Shown here one piece after another: positions 59,559 through 64,000 of a DNA stretch of 64,000 nucleotides. The translations under genes and the position numbers were made by a program. The notes beneath the pieces are model-generated. The model was given only the letters and a program-made list of their open reading frames with translations, did not search any database and was not told the origin of the DNA. The DNA comes from Myxococcales bacterium. Lineage in GTDB: Bacteria; Myxococcota_A; Polyangia; Polyangiales; DASUME01. The DNA is taken from contig JASGJH010000001.1 in NCBI GenBank assembly GCA_047601445.1, positions 4,288,001-4,352,000 of the forward strand, given 5' to 3'. Numbering within the stretch: the stretch's first letter is position 1; each line of letters begins with the position of its first letter.

Positions 59559-60287
59559 CTACGGCTCGGAGTCGCTTGGTCCTAGTAGCCCTGCCGCAGG
59601 GCCGGCGGCTCTTCGAGGGCCCCTCGCTGGCTTCGTCGTCTTGGGCTCATCCATCTTGGTCTCGCCCATGGTCGCTTCCACTGGCAGCATGGCGATGTCG
59701 GATTCACCCGTATTTTCTGGTCCGTCGAAGCTGGGAAGCTCGGGCACGTTCTCTGGCGCACTCTCACTCGCACAATCCACGAACCGGGCGATTGCGTACT
59801 TCTCGCAGGCGTTGCGCACCGAAGAGTCCAACAGGGACAGCTGAGCCTGCACCTTGTCGCCAGTCGTCCAGTGGCGATCGGCGCGCATGAGTCTGCTGTT
59901 GAGCTCTGCCAGATCGGGCAACGTCTTTGGCAACACGGACACCACCGCACCCACCGCTCCCGCCACGCCGGCCACTCGCCTCAAGGAGATCTTGTCGAGG
60001 AACCCAGCCAACGCGCTACCAATCGCGGCGAGCGCGGCCCCCGCGATGAGATAGATGTTCGCCAAGCTCTCGGTCTCCCGGATCTCGGCCTTGATGTCGG
60101 CAATACGGGCCTTGCAGCCGGTTGCCCGGTGCTCGACCTCGGCCGTGGAGGCATCGTCGGCGCGGGCGTAGTGACACGGCAGCAAGGCGGCCACCGCGAG
60201 GAAGGTGGCGAGGCCAAGGGTTGCGAGGACCTGTCCAACAAAGGCAGCGATTGGGCCACTGGACTCGGGTCGACCGTGAAGGCTCAT
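59559..60287 (-). CDS. Hypothetical protein: signal-like N-terminus plus 2-TM hairpin
   Basis: Hydrophobic leader ending ARA; two Gly/Ala-rich TM helices flanked by helices; low-complexity tail. Confidence 0.6.
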   Translation of the reverse strand: MSLHGRPESSGPIAAFVGQVLATLGLATFLAVAALLPCHYARADDASTAEVEHRATGCKARIADIKAEIRETESLANIYLIAGAALAAIGSALAGFLDKISLRRVAGVAGAVGAVVSVLPKTLPDLAELNSRLMRADRHWTTGDKVQAQLSLLDSSVRNACEKYAIARFVDCASESAPENVPELPSFDGPENTGESDIAMLPVEATMGETKMDEPKTTKPARGPRRAAGPAAGLLGPSDSEP

Positions 60288-60490
60288 GGCCTGTGATAGT
60301 GCCGAAGGGCACCGGGCTGTCAAGATGGAGACAATGGGCAGACTCGCAGCCGAGAACGCTTCACGGCACCGCGGTCTAACTCGAGCTGTTCGCTCCCCAG
60401 TAGGTCACCCGCCCGTGGATGCACGCGGCGCTCGTGGTGCCTTTGGGACGCGCCGTGCCGCCCGAAGCTGGGCCTCTACGAGGCCCTCCG

Positions 60491-63400
60491 CTATCCCTGG
60501 ACTTTTCGAGGTTCGGACCTGCGGAATGCCTGCAGTGCAGCGCACACAATGTCCTGGGTGTCCTCCCCCAGTGTCAGCAGCGGTGCGCCGCCCTCCGCCA
60601 GCACTGCAGCTCCGACGAGTCCGTGCTTGGAAACCAGGGGAAGCCAGCGATAGCGGCGCTTGCCGAGCGGGAGCAGATTCTCGCTGACGGGATGGTCCAC
60701 ATCTCTCCCCCGCCTCTGTGCACATCCACGTGCCCACAGCTCGACCTGAGCGGGCATCTCCGAGCCTTTGGTGGTAGCTACCAGGCGCAGCTCGGCACCT
60801 TCGACCAGGAACAGATAGCCTTCCTCCTCTGAGCCCGCGCGATGCACGAGCACGGACAATGCGCGCCCCGCGCATTCGGCCAGCGTTCGGCTCTCGGTGA
60901 GCATCTCACGCACGCTGGCCCCCAGTGCGATCCTGACCGTGCCGCTGTCATCCAGTGCGCCCGCCGCCAGTTCACGCGCGTCGCGACCTTCTTCGATCAG
61001 CCGCTCGCAGCGCTGGATAAGGCTCGGTTGCGCCGTCGGGACGTACCAGGCGCGCATCGCGCGCGCATGCTCCCGATAGGCTTCGCGCTCGCCGGCCAAC
61101 AACGCCACCTGGGCACGGGCCTCGTGAAGGGCACCGAGCGTGAGTGGGTTCTCATTCGGAGCGTAGCGCTCGAGCAGTGCCTCGAGCTGCCGCGCCGCGG
61201 GTTCCACGCGGCCCAGCCCTGCCTCCGCAAGTGCCAGCTCAACGGGCAGGTTGAGGTTCATCGCGGTGAACTCGAGATCTTCGGGCGCCATCTCGGACAG
61301 CGCCCGCATGCAGATAGCGCGCGCGCGCGCATGCTCTCCAAGGGCATTGCACGCTCTCGCCATACACCCCTGCGAGCGCGCCCAGCCCACTACCGAAAGA
61401 GGCTCTTCAGGTTGCTCCTCGAGGGACTGGAGAGCGTGAACATGGTCGCCTCGCAACAGCAGATAGGCGCCCTCGGCTCGACGCGCCAGAAGCTGCATGG
61501 ACGGGACCTCCTCCGCCAGATGCTGGAGCTCCTGCACCGTCCGCTTCATCCCAATCAGGTCATCGGTCCGCATGTACACGGGGATGTTGGCTGCCGGCGC
61601 CCAAGTCTCCACTTGCCAAGCCGTCCCGTTCCGAATCGCGTGCTCCTCCACCTTCTTGGCGCACTGTTCGGCCAAGCGAAAGTTGCCGCGATGCGCGTAG
61701 TAGAGGGTCCGTAGGCGGTTTGCGAACGTGGCGTAGAGCTGCGCGTGCAGCGCGTCGAGTTCGGCCGCGTGCGCGAGCACGGCGGGTCCGGCGCCGTCGC
61801 GCCATGACTCGAGGGTGCCACAAGCATAGAGTCCGCCTGCTAGGAATTCGCGCTGCGACGCCTCGTCCAGTCCCCGAATGCGGGTGCTCTGCAACACGCT
61901 GAGAAGGGCACGATGCCTGAGGTGGGCGCTGTGCTGCCGATCTCGGATCACTTCGGCGAGGCCTTGACAGTACCGATATATGTAGTTCGCGCTATGTCGA
62001 GAGCCCAGTCCGGACAGCGGGCGCAATGTGTCGGCGCAGCGCGCGGCCCCATCGGGATCAATGCAAATGGCATGCACGCCCGTGAGCTGCGTAACAGCCT
62101 CGAACAGCAGACGCATGGCGTCCACGAAGCTCGGGACCCGCGGATTCCTCCTGCGCACCCAAAACCCAGCACATGCCACCGCGGCGCCAATCACCGCGCT
62201 AAGCCACGCGCCGAGCCAAGGACGAAGCGACCTCATGAGGTCGAGTCGCAGGCAGCCCGAGAGCAGCTTCAGCGTGTGATCTCCATAGCGGTCCGCCCAG
62301 CGACGGTCCACGAAGTAGCCGGCCGCCGTAAGACGCGCCAGTGGCCAGATCAACTCATGGGACTCATACCCTGCCTCGCGAAATTCCCCAAAGGCATTTT
62401 CCAGCTCGGGTCCCAGCGTCACGTAGGCATCGGGGCCCCGCGCCGTCTTGCAGGCCTTGACTACCCACTCGCTGCCGCGTGGCCGCTCCCCTCCGCGCAT
62501 CAGGTGGACGCCCGCGACCAAGAGCTCGAGCGGCGTCGGGTCCTCGCGCCCCCCGAGCACGCGCCCAAAACAGCGATGGGCGCGACGGGCGCTCCGAGCC
62601 TCTAGCTCTGACCATAGCGCTGCGCGTAGCTCCTCGTTGCAGAAGCGGTAGCCAAGCGGCGAGCCGCTCAGGATTCCAGCCTGGGTGAGCCCCTCAAGGG
62701 CCGAGAACGCGTCGCCCGATTCATTGGACAGCGCGGTGCATACTTCGAGCGGAATACCGCCGGAATGCACGCTGAGCAGCCGCCCGAACGCGCGCTCCGC
62801 AGCGCCAAGTCGGTCCAGGCGACGCTGCTCGAGCTCCAGGCGGGTCGCAGGCAGCAAGACACGTGACACATCGTGGGGGATGACCCAGGTCCCCTCCAGA
62901 TAGCGGATCACTTTGCTCTGAACGAGCACGTCGCACAGCTCGAGGGCGTGACCCGGATTGCCTTCGCTCAAGCTGTGGAGGTGAGCTGCAAGCCTGGCGA
63001 GGTAGGGGACTCGTCCAAACACGGAGGTCAGGAGCTGCTCGAGTTCCTCCACGCGCAAGGCCGGCAGCTCACAGCGTCGCGCGCGCTGTCGAAACATCTC
63101 GGCCGTGAAGGTCGCTGCCTTGGCCCGGCCGCTCGAACGTGCAGCCACGATCATGAGGGGAAGGGAGGCGGCCTCGAGCGACAGTGACGTGAGCCAAGCG
63201 GCGGACGGCTCGTCGAGCGCGTCGAAGTCGTCCACCAACAGCACGAGAGGACGACGCTGCATGACCGCCACGAACCAGTCGTGGAGCGCAGCTTGGATTT
63301 GAGCGCGGCTCTCGCGTGCCTCGACCTCGATCGGCCGTTCTGTGGCCGGGATCAGCCGGGCGCGGAGGCGGGGCGACGCGAGCGCAAGAGTTCCTCGATA

Positions 63401-64000
63401 GGGCTGAGCGGCCTCGCGCGCCTCATCTGGAAGCGCCTCGAGTAGCAACGCGCTCAGCGCGCCAGCTCCAGCGTAGGCGCCCTCCTGTGCGGCGCCCGAC
63501 ACATACAACACGATCTCGCCTCGCACCCGAAGGTCCAGGCCGATCTCGCGCAGGAGCCTGGTCTTCCCGCCGCCCGCCGGCGCCTCGAACAGGCTGCAGG
63601 AGCCGCGGCCACGGCGAGCTTGCTCGAAATCCTCGCGAAGCGCCTGCAGGACCTCGCCCCTGGCCACGAAGGCGTGACTCTCGAGGAAGGCGTGCGCCAG
63701 CCCGGCAGGATCGCCGTGGCTATCCTCGGTGATCGCCGCCAGCTGGTCGATCACCTCGGCGGTGCTGGCTGGGCGCGCCATCGGGTTGACGTTGAGTAGG
63801 GCCTTGAGCAACGTCTTTAAGCGTTCGGGAATCTCGGGCCATGGGCGCTCGGCCGGCTCCGCAAGGCGCGTCGCCGCGCTACCCGGGCCCTTGCGCCAAA
63901 GCTGCGACAGCGCGGTGAACGACGCCGCAGGATAGGCATGCTCACCCACCAACAGCCAATATCCCAGCGCTCCGAGGGAGTAGAGATCCGAACGGCCGTC
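60491..64000 (-). CDS. Ser/Thr kinase - AAA(STAND-like) ATPase - TPR-like - GAF-like protein (5' end beyond window)
   Basis: DGRSDLYSLG (kinase subdomain IX), P.ARP; Walker A APAGGGKT, Walker B LLVDD, EGNP; helical repeats; GAF-like C-terminus. Confidence 0.9.
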   Translation of the reverse strand, partial: DGRSDLYSLGALGYWLLVGEHAYPAASFTALSQLWRKGPGSAATRLAEPAERPWPEIPERLKTLLKALLNVNPMARPASTAEVIDQLAAITEDSHGDPAGLAHAFLESHAFVARGEVLQALREDFEQARRGRGSCSLFEAPAGGGKTRLLREIGLDLRVRGEIVLYVSGAAQEGAYAGAGALSALLLEALPDEAREAAQPYRGTLALASPRLRARLIPATERPIEVEARESRAQIQAALHDWFVAVMQRRPLVLLVDDFDALDEPSAAWLTSLSLEAASLPLMIVAARSSGRAKAATFTAEMFRQRARRCELPALRVEELEQLLTSVFGRVPYLARLAAHLHSLSEGNPGHALELCDVLVQSKVIRYLEGTWVIPHDVSRVLLPATRLELEQRRLDRLGAAERAFGRLLSVHSGGIPLEVCTALSNESGDAFSALEGLTQAGILSGSPLGYRFCNEELRAALWSELEARSARRAHRCFGRVLGGREDPTPLELLVAGVHLMRGGERPRGSEWVVKACKTARGPDAYVTLGPELENAFGEFREAGYESHELIWPLARLTAAGYFVDRRWADRYGDHTLKLLSGCLRLDLMRSLRPWLGAWLSAVIGAAVACAGFWVRRRNPRVPSFVDAMRLLFEAVTQLTGVHAICIDPDGAARCADTLRPLSGLGSRHSANYIYRYCQGLAEVIRDRQHSAHLRHRALLSVLQSTRIRGLDEASQREFLAGGLYACGTLESWRDGAGPAVLAHAAELDALHAQLYATFANRLRTLYYAHRGNFRLAEQCAKKVEEHAIRNGTAWQVETWAPAANIPVYMRTDDLIGMKRTVQELQHLAEEVPSMQLLARRAEGAYLLLRGDHVHALQSLEEQPEEPLSVVGWARSQGCMARACNALGEHARARAICMRALSEMAPEDLEFTAMNLNLPVELALAEAGLGRVEPAARQLEALLERYAPNENPLTLGALHEARAQVALLAGEREAYREHARAMRAWYVPTAQPSLIQRCERLIEEGRDARELAAGALDDSGTVRIALGASVREMLTESRTLAECAGRALSVLVHRAGSEEEGYLFLVEGAELRLVATTKGSEMPAQVELWARGCAQRRGRDVDHPVSENLLPLGKRRYRWLPLVSKHGLVGAAVLAEGGAPLLTLGEDTQDIVCAALQAFRRSEPRKVQG

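Overview
High-GC (roughly two-thirds by eye), gene-dense chromosomal region of a myxobacterium (Myxococcota, probably Polyangiales-like). The assignment rests on many lipoproteins with Gly-Asp linkers, Cys-rich repeats, a GltG-like protein and a kinase-AAA fusion. I see no rRNA, tRNA, CRISPR array, phage gene or transposase. About 55 genes: envelope lipoproteins, signalling proteins and secreted hydrolases. Main points: (1) a lipid locus at 3.0-11.7 kb with a close homolog of the 1-alkene-forming desaturase-like decarboxylase UndB, two AraC regulators, a ~1200-aa lipoprotein and a FadL channel; (2) a translationally coupled operon of ECF sigma, zinc anti-sigma, secreted caspase with a probable beta-barrel, and a lipoprotein (14.5-18.2 kb); (3) an operon of response regulator, hybrid kinase, Cys-rich lipoprotein, porin and binding protein (41.9-47.8 kb); (4) a chromosomal, non-cassette AAC(3)-I; (5) a lipoprotein copper monooxygenase of the PHM/DBH type. 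Several genes are split by single-base indels, three in the same AGAATCG context, which points to systematic assembly error. One ECF sigma gene looks like a real pseudogene. All family calls come from motif recognition; no database search was run.
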